64,000 nt of DNA from an uncultured Chloroflexia bacterium. Lineage in GTDB: Bacteria > Chloroflexota > Ktedonobacteria > Ktedonobacterales > JADMIN01. The notes below the pieces were generated by a model. That model saw only the letters and a list, made by a program, of their open reading frames with translations. It was not told where the DNA came from and searched no databases. Of this stretch, positions 63,576 to 64,000 are shown piece by piece (the first letter of the stretch is position 1; each line of letters begins with the position of its first letter). The translations under genes and the position numbers were made by a program. The DNA lies in NCBI GenBank assembly GCA_963785845.1, contig CAWAWP010000003.1:605324-669323 (forward strand), read 5' to 3'.

Positions 63576-64000
63576 ATGGCGCTCTACCTCCACGAGATAG
63601 GTGAACTGCGCGAGCTGCACGGCGCGGCGCAGGGCGATCAGGTCGCCTGGGACGCTGAGCGCATGCGGCTGGTGCGGCTCTGCGCGCGGCTGACCCACAA
63701 CCCGGAAGCGGCGGAGGATCTGGCGCAGGAGGCGCTGCTGGAGGCGTGGCGCTCGCGCGAGGCGCTGCGCGATGCCGAGCGCTTCTCGGCGTGGCTGGCG
63801 GGCATCGCGCGGAACGTCTGCCTGCGCTGGCTGCACCGCCAGGGAGCGCCGCTGGCGCGGGCTGTTTCGCTCGCGGACGAGGAGACGGCGGCGCTGGACG
63901 AGTGGCTGGCGGATCCAGAGACGCTGGAGATCGAGCTTGAGCGGCGGGAGCTTGCGGCGCTGCTGGATCGTGCGATGGCGCTGCTCCCCGCGGAGACGCG
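63576..64000 (+). CDS. ECF-type sigma-70 family factor, 3' end cut by window edge
   Basis: The frame is open from ATG 63576 to the window end, so it is absent from the ORF track. Region 2 is NPEAAEDLAQEALLEAWRSREALRDAERFSAWLAGIARNVCLRWLHRQ; region 4 begins at LAALLDRAMALLPAETR. Confidence 0.8.
   Translation, partial: MALYLHEIGELRELHGAAQGDQVAWDAERMRLVRLCARLTHNPEAAEDLAQEALLEAWRSREALRDAERFSAWLAGIARNVCLRWLHRQGAPLARAVSLADEETAALDEWLADPETLEIELERRELAALLDRAMALLPAET

Noticed and set aside
1-64000. Search by eye for tRNA, rRNA, riboswitches (for example an FMN element upstream of 36636), transposases, integrases, inverted terminal repeats and phage genes.
   Set aside because: I recognised none. Absence by eye is weak evidence, and tRNAscan, Rfam and ISfinder scans would be needed to be sure.

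Overview
This is a 64-kb high-GC bacterial chromosomal segment. I recognise about 48 protein-coding genes and no rRNA, tRNA, CRISPR array, transposase or integrase. All calls come from reading the supplied ORF translations and the DNA by eye (motifs, RBS, frame behaviour); no database search was run. The gene style suggests Chloroflexota (Ktedonobacteria or Thermomicrobia-like) or possibly Actinomycetota, but that is inference only: GGAGG ribosome-binding sites, a split cytochrome b6/subunit-IV bc complex, many zinc-ribbon or Pro/Gln-rich membrane-anchored proteins, PAS-rich giant kinases and a LAL regulator. Layout by region: (1) 1-13 kb holds an acyl-CoA synthetase (partial), a frame-broken FHA/zinc-ribbon gene, a small poly-Asp protein followed by two paralogous SWIM-like/helicase-associated-like proteins, an M28/PKD peptidase, a 1.1-kb divergent intergenic region full of 9-bp tandem repeats and G-tracts, an alpha/beta hydrolase and glgA. 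(2) 13-17 kb holds membrane and stress-type small genes (YihY, SHOCT, DUF6325-like). (3) 16.8-22.3 kb is a minus-strand cytochrome bc operon: cytochrome b6-like, subunit IV-like, Rieske, a cytochrome c-cupredoxin fusion, and a 717-aa polytopic protein. (4) 22.8-36 kb holds membrane-anchored low-complexity proteins, a CoA-transferase, a Baeyer-Villiger-type monooxygenase, a DD-carboxypeptidase, a methyltransferase and ComEC. (5) 36.6-39.4 kb is a flavinylation operon: FMN-binding protein, ApbE, and an RnfD/NqrB-like-FNR fusion. (6) 39.6-41.1 kb holds a frame-broken K+ channel and a DUF1269-like gene. (7) 42.3-57.5 kb is a signalling island containing a 2191-aa sensor with two complete kinase cores, a LAL regulator, a NarL-type regulator and a PAS/GAF kinase. 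(8) 57.8-64 kb holds an Asp23/AmaP stress cluster, DUF202, a DUF3037 plus HipA-like pair and a partial ECF sigma factor. The most interesting items are the dual-transmitter kinase, the modular 9-mer repeat field, the cytochrome c-blue copper fusion, the compact flavin-based transmembrane electron module, the acidic/SWIM/helicase-associated trio, and three genes with single frame breaks (real pseudogenes or assembly indels).
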